A stretch of DNA of 64,000 nucleotides from Flavobacteriales bacterium (GTDB taxonomy: Bacteria > Bacteroidota > Bacteroidia > NS11-12g > UBA955), in the NCBI GenBank assembly GCA_002737705.1, contig NSIM01000008.1, forward strand, positions 606-64,605, given 5' to 3'. This document shows, piece by piece, positions 30,887-42,032 of the stretch; positions within the stretch are counted from its first letter, which is position 1; each line of letters starts with the position of its first letter. Both the position numbers and the translations under genes were made by a program. Below the pieces are notes generated by a model that searched no databases, had not been told where the DNA came from, and was given only the letters and a program-made list of their open reading frames with translations.

Positions 30887-31750
30887 ATGAGGCAACTAAA
30901 AATTTCAAAACAATTTACCAATCGCGAAAACAAATCATTAGACAAATACCTCAATGAAATTTCCAAAGTGCCAATGATTGTTGCACAAGAGGAGGTAGAA
31001 TTGGCTCGTAGAATTAGGGAGGGTGATCAAGCAGCCTTGGAAAAATTGGTAAATTCCAACTTGCGATTTGTGGTTTCTGTATCAAAACAATATCAAAATC
31101 AGGGGCTTACATTGGGTGATTTGATCAATGAAGGCAATATGGGTTTAATCAAAGCCGCCAAACGTTTTGATGAAACACGCGGTTTTAAATTTATTTCTTA
31201 TGCGGTTTGGTGGATTCGTCAAAGTATTCTTCAGGCCTTGGCTGATCAAAGTCGTATCGTTCGATTGCCCTTAAATAAAGTGGGTAGTTTGGGGAGAATC
31301 ACCCAAGCCTCGGCCCGATTAGAGCAAAAATTGGAACGCGAACCCACTCCCCATGAAATTGCCGAATTATTGGAAATTTCCATTTCAGAAGTTGAAAATG
31401 CCCTTCGTTCTAGCGGAAGACATCTGAGTATCGATGCGCCATTGGCTGAAGGAGAGGACAATACATTGCTGGGCGTAATCAACCAAAACGATGAACCCCA
31501 TCCCGATGCCCCGATGTTGAATGAGTCATTGCAAAATGAAATAAACCGGGTAATTTCTACCTTGAGTGACAAAGAACGAGATGTTTTGAAATACTATTTT
31601 GGTTTGGACGGAAATGCAGCGCATACACTCGAAGATATTTCTGAAAAAGTAGGATTAACCCGCGAACGTGTTCGCCAGATTAAGGAAAAAGCCCTGCGCA
31701 GATTGCGCAAATCAAGCAAAAGTAAAATTCTTAAAACGTACTTAGGATAA
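30887..31750 (+). CDS. rpoD: RpoD/SigA-family sigma factor (sigma-ABfr type, no region 1.1)
   Basis: [31 protein letters not shown] and [12 protein letters not shown]. Confidence 0.9.
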   Translation: MRQLKISKQFTNRENKSLDKYLNEISKVPMIVAQEEVELARRIREGDQAALEKLVNSNLRFVVSVSKQYQNQGLTLGDLINEGNMGLIKAAKRFDETRGFKFISYAVWWIRQSILQALADQSRIVRLPLNKVGSLGRITQASARLEQKLEREPTPHEIAELLEISISEVENALRSSGRHLSIDAPLAEGEDNTLLGVINQNDEPHPDAPMLNESLQNEINRVISTLSDKERDVLKYYFGLDGNAAHTLEDISEKVGLTRERVRQIKEKALRRLRKSSKSKILKTYLG

Positions 31751-31912
31751 TTCAAAAACACTTCCCTTTGGTGGTGGGTATTGGAATAGTCTTCTCCGTA
31801 AAATTTCCCCTATAAAATAATCGCCTGGTTTGTTTCTGATGCCAAGCGGAACAGTCGCAAGAACGCTACTGCACCTCTATTAAGAGGGGCCATAGGATAA
31901 AAAATCCTACAA

Positions 31913-34900
31913 CTAACGCAACACAGTTACAGAGCCCCGAAATACATTCATCTTTCCATCAATATAACGGAAAGAAACTGCATAGGCATATGAACCTTCT
32001 AATACCGGTTTGCCCAGCTTGTCAAGGCCTTTCCAACCCATGGTTGGATCGGTAGTAGAAAACAAAATTTCACCCCATCGATTGAGTATTGTCATCCGGT
32101 ATTTGGATATTCCAAAGGATTGATAGGGCTTGAATTCTTCATTTAGGCCATCAATATTGGGAGAAAATGCATTGGGCAACCACCATAATAATTCTGGCTT
32201 CAAGAAAATATTCTTTTCAATGGTATCACTGCAACCTGAATTATTGATTGCCTCAAGTCGAACTTTAAAATCACCGGTACCGGAGAAGGTCATGAAAAAG
32301 GGTAGCCCAGAAGTAGATGTTTGGTTGTCTTGGAATAGCCAATTGAACCCATCTGTATATTTTCCTGTGAATGTAAATTTCCAATCGGTTTCTAATCCCC
32401 GTGATAACAAATACTCAAAATCAAAATCGGCAACAGGTTTAGGGGAAACTAGAATAGGTAATTGGGGGGATTTGGTTTCACAGCCCATATTTGAAATAGC
32501 CTTCAAACCAACATTGTAATTTCCATCTTTCGAATATGTATGCATTGGATTGGCGGTATTAGCGGTAAAACCGTCACCAAAGTTCCATTCGTACGATGCA
32601 ATACTGCCTCTATTGACTTTGGCAATAGACAAGAATTTGATGGGTGTTTCTGCACACGCATTGTTACCCGAAATACTTAAGCGAGGATGCTCATTTACAC
32701 GCAATAACAGTGTTTTTTCTGTTCCGCATCCTTTGTCAGAAATGGCTTTCAATATTATGGAATAATTGCCTGTATCTGGAAATGTTTGTGCAGGAATGGC
32801 CTTAATACTGGACAAAATTGCTTTGTTAAGCAACCAAGAATACGCCACTCCAGAAGCAGAATTTTCGGCGGTGGTATTTGTAAATGTGAACGCATTTCCA
32901 ATTAAACATTGTTCCGGATTATTGACCGTAAAATTTGATTTGGGCAAGGGCCATACATTCACCGATTTGGTTAAAGAATCGCGACAACCCAAAGAAGAAT
33001 AAATGACCAATTTTACATCGTATTTACCAGGGTTTAGATATTCTTTATTGGTAACGTTTTTGGTTGTTTCAAAAGTCCCATCTGCCAAAGTCCACTTGCT
33101 TGTATAGGTAGATCCTAATACCGTATTGTCGGTAAAAGTAAATTTGTGGCCCGTCAAGCAAGCCGTATCCTTACTGGTTGTAAAAGCAGTTTTTGGTGTT
33201 TCAACAACAGAAACAACAAAGGATACCGAATCATAGCAACCCGCTTCTGTTTCAATGGAGTGAAATACCCGATACTTTCCGACTGCCGCAAACGAATGAG
33301 AAAATGAATCCAATGTACTTGATTTTCCGTCCGAAATTTTCCAACTATGGGTTACATTGCTTCCACCAGTCCATGGGAATTTTTGTTTAAAAATAAATTT
33401 ATTCCCAACCAAACACTGGGATGCCGAGGATGAAATATCGGCTTTTGGCATAGCAAATATTTCAATGTTTCGCTGGAATGAGTCCTTACATCCATCTGTA
33501 GTTGTTGCAATAATTCTCACCCAATATTTCCCCACTGCGGGAAATGTTTTGTTGGGGACAGATTTTGCAAAATTGATTGTTCCATCTTGATATTTCCAAT
33601 CGGCTCGAAGATTGAGCTTGGCATTCGAGGGCGCTTTACTGGCGTCTTCAAATGAGAAGAAATGATTAAAATAGCAGGCGTTAGAATCGGTCACAGTAAA
33701 ATTCGCTTTGGGTTCAGGTGCAACAAATACTGTGGCTGTGTCAATATCAGTGCAACCAAAATCTGAGGTGTTTTTCAAGATAACACGGTACCAACCTGTA
33801 TCGGTAAATTTCACTGATTTTAACATCGATGAGGTAGCGGTCGAATTTATGCCGTATCTCCATTCACTGGTATAGTATCCAGAAACTATGGTGCTTTTGT
33901 CGGTAAAATCAAATTCATTGGCTTTTAAACAAATATTCTTTTTATTTACGTCAATCTTGTTTACAGGTGCCGGTCGAACAATAAAGGTTGAATCGGCAGT
34001 ATCCCTACAACCAAAAGGGGTAATGGTTATCAATCGAACCTTGAATGTATCAGCAATTTTATAAGTATGTGTTGCTTTATATGGCGCAACAGTATCGGTT
34101 GCCCCATTTCCGTATAGCCAAATAGACTTGCCAACCCCTTCTTTACTTTGAGAGGAATCAAAAAAGCTTATTTTTTGATTTTGGCAAAAATAGGAACCTG
34201 AACTGGCAATTTTTGCCAAAGGATAAGGATAGACGACCAACAATGTATCCAAAGTATCGGCACAACCCTTTTTTGATTGAACAATATAACGCAATTCATT
34301 TTTGCTAATCGTATCAAATTTGTAACGAAAAAAAACAGAATCGCTAAAAAAATAAGTGCCCAATCCAAACAATCCCTTGGAATTATCTTTTATGCGCCAT
34401 AATGAGGTTTTTCGGGAATCGTTATTGTATTTGGTGCCATCCCGCATAGCAAATTTATTGGTCTTGTAACACATGTCGAGCGAATCGAACGAAATGGCAG
34501 CAACAATGGCATCAGCCCTACGAACTATAGTCGAATCAATGCTTACACAATTTGTAGAAGTATCGGTGACCTTTAACCACACCTTTCCTTCCTTATTTGC
34601 GGTAAAGGTTTTTAGTTTACTGGAATCATGCCATTTATAGATAAATTTATTCGTGTATGGAGCGGTTAAGGTTAGTTTTATGGCAGACGCACATTGGGTT
34701 GTGGTATCGTTAAAAGATAAAATAGGACCTTGTTTAACTGTGACAATCTTACTCCTTGTGATGGTATCAATTGAACCACATTGAATTTCAACAGGTATTT
34801 TTACAACCACATAAAAAGTGCCAATTCTTTTGAATTTATGTTTTACAACTTTGCCTGTATCTATGGGTGAACCATCTCCGAAGTTCCATAAATATCCTTT

Positions 34901-36430
34901 GATTTTGGGTTTTCCTACGACCACAGCCTCCAACTTGACATCTTCTCCCGGACATTGCGTCTTGCGGGTTAATTTGATATCATAATTTATATTTTCAAAC
35001 AGTGCGCCTGCCGAATAAGAATAACTCTCATAAGGCCCTACACCATAAGCTACAGCCAAAAAACCACTATCGCACTCGATTGCATTTGAACTGGGATTGG
35101 CAACAGACACCAAGGCGTAGGAGTATTTATTATCACACACCACATCCGTAAAACTTGAAGCTGCCATAAATTTACCATTGAGTTTAACCGCATTTTTCGC
35201 GCCTTTATCGATAAGAATATTCACATAGTGTCTATTCATATTTGATGTCGTGGCCGTACCTACTAAAGTTTTTAGCAAGCGTTGCTTTACATCAGGCATA
35301 ATAAAAATAGCAGGATCACCATTGGTACCTCCTAGGCCAGAACAAGCCCCATTTTTCATATATTGAACAACATAAGCTTGCTTGCTGGTTTTGATGCAAA
35401 CCGCTTTGGCAGAACTAACATTTTGGTATATCCATTGACCTTTTCTAAGAATGGTGTAGGATAAAGTCCCATCTATATAAACATTGGTAGAATCATACGC
35501 TGCCACTACCTTGTATACATACCCATTTGCTTGACCAAAAAATGGCATTAATATATAATTAGTACCCAAAGCCAAAGTTGGAATCACTTGCGTGTACAAG
35601 TGATCACGACCATTGGTACCCGATCCACAATTTCCTTTTGTAACGTGGGCTGCACGAGATCCCGAAAAAACATTGATCTTTCCACAACCTTCGACTACCC
35701 GCACACGGGTACCTGTCAAATCACCCTTTAATGCCCCAGTTGTACTCCACGAAGTAGCCGCAGGGTCTGTATTGGTTGATCCTTCAGATGATTTTGATTG
35801 TACTTGGTATACTTGGCCCTTATTTAAGGTTACTGTAAATGCAGTACCTGCCACATTGCCACCTTTGGTTGTTGCAGTTGGTGTTATCTCGACTTTAACA
35901 CTATTGTCCATGCCAATCACAACAAATTCACTTTCGGCATAGTTGGAACTAATCTGTGCATTCGGAGGGAAACTGCATACAAAAAATTCTGGTGATGGGG
36001 GAATACTTTCATAAGGCATTACAAAAGTTGCATCAGTACGATTTAATTCCAAATTCATGCAATACACATTTACCAAATCTTTTGCGACTATACGCAACCC
36101 TTTTTTACTATTGACGTCTGATGAACCGAATTCAGACCCAGTTGGGTAATAATAGGTTTTATCAACTTCAATGCGGTTAACCCTTCCAGCCGTAATCTTG
36201 ACGGTTTGATTCGAACCAGAAACTCGGGGATTGTCTAATACAATAGAAGTATTCACTTCTGAGGTAACAAAAATGAGCAAGGTATCGGGCAAAGAGCCTG
36301 TTCGAACTTCCATCTCCATAAAACTCATGAAGAAAGTTTTACCAGTAGAAGAAATTTGAGCACCCGCATCGGCAGTAAATACCAAAAAATATATTGCCAA
36401 ACTTAAAAATATGCGGTGAAAGGATTTCAT
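31913..36430 (-). CDS. Large T9SS type-B cargo protein: IgGFc-binding-like N-terminal domain, PKD repeats, gliding-motility-associated C-terminal domain
   Basis: STGKTFFMSF, DHLYTQVIP and GDPAIF (FCGBP-N-like), WNFGDG repeats, and C-terminal LPNAFSPNIDGLNEEF...NRWG...GSVTVLR. Confidence 0.88.
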   Translation of the reverse strand: MKSFHRIFLSLAIYFLVFTADAGAQISSTGKTFFMSFMEMEVRTGSLPDTLLIFVTSEVNTSIVLDNPRVSGSNQTVKITAGRVNRIEVDKTYYYPTGSEFGSSDVNSKKGLRIVAKDLVNVYCMNLELNRTDATFVMPYESIPPSPEFFVCSFPPNAQISSNYAESEFVVIGMDNSVKVEITPTATTKGGNVAGTAFTVTLNKGQVYQVQSKSSEGSTNTDPAATSWSTTGALKGDLTGTRVRVVEGCGKINVFSGSRAAHVTKGNCGSGTNGRDHLYTQVIPTLALGTNYILMPFFGQANGYVYKVVAAYDSTNVYIDGTLSYTILRKGQWIYQNVSSAKAVCIKTSKQAYVVQYMKNGACSGLGGTNGDPAIFIMPDVKQRLLKTLVGTATTSNMNRHYVNILIDKGAKNAVKLNGKFMAASSFTDVVCDNKYSYALVSVANPSSNAIECDSGFLAVAYGVGPYESYSYSAGALFENINYDIKLTRKTQCPGEDVKLEAVVVGKPKIKGYLWNFGDGSPIDTGKVVKHKFKRIGTFYVVVKIPVEIQCGSIDTITRSKIVTVKQGPILSFNDTTTQCASAIKLTLTAPYTNKFIYKWHDSSKLKTFTANKEGKVWLKVTDTSTNCVSIDSTIVRRADAIVAAISFDSLDMCYKTNKFAMRDGTKYNNDSRKTSLWRIKDNSKGLFGLGTYFFSDSVFFRYKFDTISKNELRYIVQSKKGCADTLDTLLVVYPYPLAKIASSGSYFCQNQKISFFDSSQSKEGVGKSIWLYGNGATDTVAPYKATHTYKIADTFKVRLITITPFGCRDTADSTFIVRPAPVNKIDVNKKNICLKANEFDFTDKSTIVSGYYTSEWRYGINSTATSSMLKSVKFTDTGWYRVILKNTSDFGCTDIDTATVFVAPEPKANFTVTDSNACYFNHFFSFEDASKAPSNAKLNLRADWKYQDGTINFAKSVPNKTFPAVGKYWVRIIATTTDGCKDSFQRNIEIFAMPKADISSSASQCLVGNKFIFKQKFPWTGGSNVTHSWKISDGKSSTLDSFSHSFAAVGKYRVFHSIETEAGCYDSVSFVVSVVETPKTAFTTSKDTACLTGHKFTFTDNTVLGSTYTSKWTLADGTFETTKNVTNKEYLNPGKYDVKLVIYSSLGCRDSLTKSVNVWPLPKSNFTVNNPEQCLIGNAFTFTNTTAENSASGVAYSWLLNKAILSSIKAIPAQTFPDTGNYSIILKAISDKGCGTEKTLLLRVNEHPRLSISGNNACAETPIKFLSIAKVNRGSIASYEWNFGDGFTANTANPMHTYSKDGNYNVGLKAISNMGCETKSPQLPILVSPKPVADFDFEYLLSRGLETDWKFTFTGKYTDGFNWLFQDNQTSTSGLPFFMTFSGTGDFKVRLEAINNSGCSDTIEKNIFLKPELLWWLPNAFSPNIDGLNEEFKPYQSFGISKYRMTILNRWGEILFSTTDPTMGWKGLDKLGKPVLEGSYAYAVSFRYIDGKMNVFRGSVTVLR

Positions 36431-36502
36431 TTGGTTTTTTTGTGTTGTTACTGAAGGTTAACGAATCAAAATATTAATGCACACTTAACTTACCAACCAT
36501 AT

Positions 36503-36530
36503 AGACAATTGTTTTGTCTGAAAGGTTGTA
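36503..36530 (-). promoter_or_regulatory. Possible ECF-sigma promoter (TACAACC...TGTCT)
   Basis: AAC-N17-TGT spacing upstream of the 1505-aa T9SS gene. Confidence 0.3.
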
Positions 36531-36594
36531 TTGATTGTGAAAATTAATAACTCCGAATTTACGTATTATTGGTTGAATTAGGTCCATTTGAAAG

Positions 36595-37785
36595 TCAAAA
36601 AGAAATAACTCCACTAAATACGATTTCACCCTCAAGATATAGTGCTATAAACTGACCTGGGCTTACCGATTTTTGGGGTTCTTGAAAAAGGACATTATAT
36701 CCATTTTGAGATTCCAATAATTGACAAAAAAACAACTCTTGGCGATACCGAAAACGGCCCTGGACAATGTCTAAGCCCAACACTTTTTGGGTTACACTCG
36801 GCCTGAGCCAATGCGCCTCTTCATTATGGATAAACAATCCCGCAGAATACAAGCCGAAGTGATCTTCCCCTTGTCCGACAAAAATGAGATTTTTCTCTAC
36901 GTCGGTATGAAGTACAAATAAAGGCAATGTTTTTCCACCTATTTTCAGTCCTTTTCGCTGGCCACGGGTAAAATAATATGCCCCCTGGTGACGAGAAATA
37001 TACTGCCCATCTATTGCAACAAATTTCGCATGCCATAGGTTTTTATCTGTAAGTCCTGTTCTTGATATTACATTTTGCCAATGTGTTTTGACTGCCGGAG
37101 ATTCGCTATCAATTTCAATCACATCACCTTCTTTTGCTTGCAATTTCTGTTGCAAAAATTCGGGAAGCCTAACATGTCCGATGAAACACAATCCCTGGCT
37201 ATCCTTTTTTGACGCTATAGACAAAGCCGTTTGTGCAGCCAATTGTCTCACCTCTGATTTCTGCATTTCCCCGATGGGGAAAAGTGCTTTAGACAATTGA
37301 AATTGATTCAATTGACATAAAAAATAACTTTGGTCTTTGTTGGGGTCTTTGCCCATCAACAATCGAAATTCTTCATTCCCATTCACCCATACCGATTCTT
37401 TGCGCGCATAATGGCCTGTGGCCACAAAATCTGCCCCAAGCTTGAGGGCTTCCTCCAAAAAAATCGAAAATTTGATTTCCCTATTACACAAAATATCGGG
37501 GTTGGGTGTCCTGCCTTTGCCGTATTCGTCAAACATATAATCAACGATGCGTGTTTTATATACTTCACTTAAATCAAGAATCTGAAAAGGAATGCCGAGA
37601 TGTTCAGCAACCAACATAGCGTCTCGACTGTCTTCAATCCATGGACATTCATCTTCTAAGGTAACGCTGGCGTCATTCCAATTGCGCATATACAGGCCAA
37701 TTACATCATGTCCCTGTTGCTTTAAAATCAATGCTACAACTGAGCTATCCACTCCGCCACTCATGCCCACAACAATCCTTGCCAT
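36595..37785 (-). CDS. mnmA: tRNA 2-thiouridine(34) synthase
   Basis: SGGVDSS, TPNPDILCN, ATGHY, KDQSYFL and DSQGLCF. Confidence 0.96.
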   Translation of the reverse strand: MARIVVGMSGGVDSSVVALILKQQGHDVIGLYMRNWNDASVTLEDECPWIEDSRDAMLVAEHLGIPFQILDLSEVYKTRIVDYMFDEYGKGRTPNPDILCNREIKFSIFLEEALKLGADFVATGHYARKESVWVNGNEEFRLLMGKDPNKDQSYFLCQLNQFQLSKALFPIGEMQKSEVRQLAAQTALSIASKKDSQGLCFIGHVRLPEFLQQKLQAKEGDVIEIDSESPAVKTHWQNVISRTGLTDKNLWHAKFVAIDGQYISRHQGAYYFTRGQRKGLKIGGKTLPLFVLHTDVEKNLIFVGQGEDHFGLYSAGLFIHNEEAHWLRPSVTQKVLGLDIVQGRFRYRQELFFCQLLESQNGYNVLFQEPQKSVSPGQFIALYLEGEIVFSGVISF

Positions 37786-37815
37786 TGAGCAAAGTTCGGA
37801 ATAGTTTTCCGATAA

Positions 37816-39861
37816 TTACCATTTACCCAAGTATCGTCGAATAAACCATTCTCCAGCAAACAATAAGGGTATTCCCAAAAACCACACGATCGAATCATAC
37901 CAATGTCTGGTTTGAATATCCATGCGCATCAAAGACTGGGTTCGCAATTTCTCTTTTAATAATGTATCAATCATGGCTGGGTTTTTAGCCAAAGCAAATC
38001 CGCCATTCGATTTTTCGGAAATGGATTGTAAAGAATGGTGATTGGCCTGTAAATCCATCGTTTCTAGCGGCTGATCAACAACCGAAAATTGTGCTTCCGA
38101 TTTCGAATTTCCCAAAACCGAAGCAGAAGCGATTAGATTGTATTCACCTGCTGCAATTTGCCCAATGCTTGCCTTCCATCCACCCAAACTTTGTTGCAAT
38201 GGAATCTCACGCACACGGCCATCGTTGGATCTCATCCTTAAATTGCGATGAATTTTGTCATCAACAATACCCGCCCTGTCTCGACAAATTACGCGGGCTG
38301 TGACAATTTCTCGCAAATCAAATTGGTCTTTCGGCAATTGAATTTCGAGATTTTTTCTGGCGGCATTTCCTGCGGCAAGTAAGGTCAGCATTCTTCTTAT
38401 CCAGGGATCAAAAACAATCGATTTTCCATTATTTTTTTTGTCTTGAATACGCCATCGCCAGATTCCTTCCCCTAAAAACAAAGCCAAGGTAGCATCGTTA
38501 TTGTTCCAATGTAGCATCAAGGGAAATTGGGTTTCAATGCCGCTCCATTTTTGCTTAAGTGGAAACTCTGCCGCAACCGGCAAAGAAATTTTAACCAATG
38601 GAGACAATACTGGTGGGAATGTCTGCCATATTTTTTTCTCTTGATCAGTCAATTCCCAACCCATATAGTGGGTATTCCAACAGGGTTGCACTTCCTGATA
38701 AGAAATCCTGCGATTCGAAACGCCCAAATTTGCAATCGAAGAAAGGGCTGTCCACTGGGTTTTTTGTGTAGCAAATATCCAAATGGCTTTCCCTTCATTG
38801 ATCCAGTGTTTCAATTTTTGCAGGTCAGAAGATTCGGCAAATGACCATCCATGGAGAATATACACGTCGGCATCCAATGCGTTGGCAGAATTGGGATTAA
38901 CCTCACAAATAAACTGGCCATTTGGTTCCAATGCCCTGCGAATTGCGGCTACATCGGGATGTGGACTGCCGTAGACAATTTGAACCCGTTTGCGTTGGTC
39001 TGAAATCTTGACAAAGCGATGCAAGGTATTGTTGGCAATATTTTTTTCCCCCTCCACCACTGCGATCTCTAACGACAATTTCATCAAACCCGGCTTACTG
39101 GGTTTAATGTCAAATTCAATGCGTTTCCAATCTTGGTCTCCTGTCGAAACCCATTGTTTTGATGATATCAAGACCGCATTCTGAAACAATCGCAATTGGA
39201 GGGTTTTTCCATTCACAAGGCGAGACTTTACAAGCGCCTCTGCTACAAACGTATTGCCAATATAGGCTTCAGTATTGCATAAAAAAGAAGAAACCTGCAC
39301 ATCTTTTTGGGGTGTAGGATCTCCCAAACCTACAGAAATAATGGGAATTTGGGGAGGCCTAATGGCAAATTCTGGATCCGTCCCGCTGTTTACGATACCA
39401 TCGCTCATGATTACAATGCCAGACAAAGGTCCTTGGGTTGCGATTGACTCTGCATGTTTCAATACAGCCGAAATATCGGTATTCATCGTTGAAGAAGAAA
39501 CCAGACTATCTGCTGTTGAAACGTCTTTTCCAAATAAATAGATGCGAAGATTCTTTTCACCGACAATGTCTTTAATGCGCTTTAAAACCGACTTAGATTG
39601 AAGCTTATCGTAATCCGTAATAGATGAACTTGCGTCGCTATAAACCAACAAAACAGGCTTTTCAATTCGATGTATAATCGATTTCCAAAACGGATTAAAC
39701 AATACCAACACAAGAAAGAATACCGCCAAAAAACGAAATATCGCTGCAAGAAACCAAAGGCGCTTGGCATTAGACCTTAAAATAGGATAATACAGAAATC
39801 CAACATACAGACATGAAATAACAAGAGAAAAAAACCAAGCCCAAACTGGAATTCCCATCAT
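37816..39861 (-). CDS. Membrane-anchored VWA-like domain protein
   Basis: N-terminal TMs, MIDAS-like DASSS, SDG, GEGIWRWR and C-terminal TM with EWFIRR. Confidence 0.8.
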   Translation of the reverse strand: MMGIPVWAWFFSLVISCLYVGFLYYPILRSNAKRLWFLAAIFRFLAVFFLVLVLFNPFWKSIIHRIEKPVLLVYSDASSSITDYDKLQSKSVLKRIKDIVGEKNLRIYLFGKDVSTADSLVSSSTMNTDISAVLKHAESIATQGPLSGIVIMSDGIVNSGTDPEFAIRPPQIPIISVGLGDPTPQKDVQVSSFLCNTEAYIGNTFVAEALVKSRLVNGKTLQLRLFQNAVLISSKQWVSTGDQDWKRIEFDIKPSKPGLMKLSLEIAVVEGEKNIANNTLHRFVKISDQRKRVQIVYGSPHPDVAAIRRALEPNGQFICEVNPNSANALDADVYILHGWSFAESSDLQKLKHWINEGKAIWIFATQKTQWTALSSIANLGVSNRRISYQEVQPCWNTHYMGWELTDQEKKIWQTFPPVLSPLVKISLPVAAEFPLKQKWSGIETQFPLMLHWNNNDATLALFLGEGIWRWRIQDKKNNGKSIVFDPWIRRMLTLLAAGNAARKNLEIQLPKDQFDLREIVTARVICRDRAGIVDDKIHRNLRMRSNDGRVREIPLQQSLGGWKASIGQIAAGEYNLIASASVLGNSKSEAQFSVVDQPLETMDLQANHHSLQSISEKSNGGFALAKNPAMIDTLLKEKLRTQSLMRMDIQTRHWYDSIVWFLGIPLLFAGEWFIRRYLGKW

Positions 39862-39887
39862 GGCTTATACAGAGAATGGCTGTTTAA

Positions 39888-40583
39888 TTATTGTTTAATA
39901 AACAATGCGCTCCGATTGACCCCCTGGGCGGTAAAACGCAAGGTATACAATCCCTTGTTTAGCTGAGAAATATCAATGATCCCATTTACTGGAAAGATTG
40001 AAAACGCCCGTTGGCCTGATACAGTATAAAACAATACCTCACCCTGAACATTTGCAGAAATCTTCAGATATTGACTGGATGGATTGGGATAAACCCGCAC
40101 TGGATCGGGATGAATGGATTGATAATTGGCGCCCCATCGAACATATATATTCCAAGTAATTGTGTCGATTTTATTCGGATTATCATAATCCCAAACTGCA
40201 TATGTAATCTGGGCAGTATCGGCTTTTCCATTGGGAAATATTGTAATTTTTAGTGATGCATCCTTGTTGGGCAATACCTTCGCAAAGGTATCATTGTCGT
40301 AAAATGCAGGAAAACAATTTCTGTTGTCGCAAAAGGATGCATCCCAAGATTTGGGAAAATCAACAGCGATTTTCTGATAGGCAAAAATTATCGGTGAATT
40401 TTTTTTATTTGTGAAATAAATTGCACAATCCATGGGGTCATTGGCATTGGGAAAATAGTTGTGCACCAAGCCTCCTTTTATCTCAAAACTTTGCGCTCTA
40501 AGTAAAGAATTATCAATTCCGGGAGAAAAAGCAACCCCCATTATTGTAAAAATAGCGACTGCGCGAAATAATAGCTGTTTCAT
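39888..40583 (-). CDS. Small T9SS type-A cargo protein
   Basis: Signal peptide from the ATG at 40583 (-7 box at 40590-40597); C-terminal VRVYPNPS...KGLYTL...FIKQ. Confidence 0.82.
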   Translation of the reverse strand: MKQLLFRAVAIFTIMGVAFSPGIDNSLLRAQSFEIKGGLVHNYFPNANDPMDCAIYFTNKKNSPIIFAYQKIAVDFPKSWDASFCDNRNCFPAFYDNDTFAKVLPNKDASLKITIFPNGKADTAQITYAVWDYDNPNKIDTITWNIYVRWGANYQSIHPDPVRVYPNPSSQYLKISANVQGEVLFYTVSGQRAFSIFPVNGIIDISQLNKGLYTLRFTAQGVNRSALFIKQ

Positions 40584-40631
40584 TGTTATCAAAGGTAGAC
40601 AAAAAAATGAACCCCAAATAAGAATCGATAC

Positions 40632-41375
40632 TTATAGACTTGAAAAAAGCCGCAAATCAGAGACGCTACCCCCATATAAATTCATATCCATGATGTCGTT
40701 CATTGGAGGGGATTCAGATTGAATACCTATTGTATGATTTGAATACCAATAGGAAATAATACCCGCACCCATTCCCCCCAAAACATCGGTATGCCAAGTA
40801 TCTCCCAAATAAACGGCTTCTGCTGCGCTGCATTGTGCTTTGGACAAGGCCAATGCAAAAAATTCGGTTTGGGGCTTGGCAAAACCCACCCCTTCGGATG
40901 TGATCATAAAATCAATAAAATGCCCTATGCCCGAATGGCCTAATTTAATGCGCTGGGTAGTTTCAAAGCCATTGGTAAGTATGGCTATTTTGTATTTTTT
41001 TTTCAATTTCGCCAATGCCTCAAGGGCAAAGGGCATCAAACGTGGCATTAACGGACAAATGTCCAAATATTCTTGCCATATATTTTTGGGTTGTTGAACA
41101 ATCGAAATTCCCATCGCTGTAAAAGTATCTGAAAAACGGGTTGTTCTCAGGGTTTCTTTGTCCAATTCTCCGGCTTCATAGCGTCTCCATAAACTGGCAT
41201 TGATCGATTTATACAGTCCTAAAAAGTCGTTTACTGTGCAAAGGCAAAGATGGTCTAATCTATGTTTTGTGTAAAGAATTTTTAAAGCCTCCTGTGCATT
41301 GCCGTCAAAGTCCCAGAGGGTATTGTCAAGATCAATAAAGACCCACTTTGTTTTGGTTAAAAAAGGTTTTATCAT
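40632..41375 (-). CDS. yjjG: YjjG-family HAD nucleotidase
   Basis: DLDNTLWDF, LTNGF, KP and GDTWHTD. Confidence 0.88.
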   Translation of the reverse strand: MIKPFLTKTKWVFIDLDNTLWDFDGNAQEALKILYTKHRLDHLCLCTVNDFLGLYKSINASLWRRYEAGELDKETLRTTRFSDTFTAMGISIVQQPKNIWQEYLDICPLMPRLMPFALEALAKLKKKYKIAILTNGFETTQRIKLGHSGIGHFIDFMITSEGVGFAKPQTEFFALALSKAQCSAAEAVYLGDTWHTDVLGGMGAGIISYWYSNHTIGIQSESPPMNDIMDMNLYGGSVSDLRLFSSL

Positions 41376-41965
41376 TTCCTTGCTTTATCGACACAAGCAC
41401 AGAGGGAATGAAAAATGGTCGACAGATCACCCGTACCCTGAATACTACAATATTTACCTTGAATTTGATAGAAGTCTTGCAAGGGCAATGTTTTGTTCTG
41501 GTACTCTTTGAAACGGGTGCGAATGGTATTCTCATCTTGGTCATCTATCCTGCTACTGGACAGTCCGCGGAGTAAAAGACGAGATACCAATTCATTTTCC
41601 CCGACCTCCAAACCCAAAACGCAAGTTATCGTTGTTTTGCTTTCATCTAACATCGAATCCAAGGCAATTGCCTGATTTACTGTTCGGGGAAAACCATCAA
41701 AAATAAAACCCTTTGAATCGGAGTGGTTTACCATAAAATTGCGCACCATGCCAATTACAACGTCATCTGGAACAAGCTCCCCCTTGCAAATAAATGCATT
41801 GGCTTGTTTACCCAATTCTGTTTCAGCGGCACGTTCTGCGCGCAACAAATCGCCTGTTGAAATGTGTTTCAATTGAAATTTGTCCAATAACTTTTCGCTT
41901 TGTGTTCCTTTTCCAGAGCCTGGAGGACCAAAAATGACAATATTTAACATGTGCGTATGGGCCAT
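41372..41965 (-). CDS. adk: Adenylate kinase (short LID)
   Basis: GPPGSGKGTQ, HISTGDLLR and DGFPRT. Alternative start at 41950. Confidence 0.95.
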   Translation of the reverse strand: MAHTHMLNIVIFGPPGSGKGTQSEKLLDKFQLKHISTGDLLRAERAAETELGKQANAFICKGELVPDDVVIGMVRNFMVNHSDSKGFIFDGFPRTVNQAIALDSMLDESKTTITCVLGLEVGENELVSRLLLRGLSSSRIDDQDENTIRTRFKEYQNKTLPLQDFYQIQGKYCSIQGTGDLSTIFHSLCACVDKARK

Positions 41966-42032
41966 ATCTTTACCTAAGTGAGTCTAGGTTTCGCTACAAA
42001 TGTATAGGAAATTTTTTTCTAATGAATGCTTC

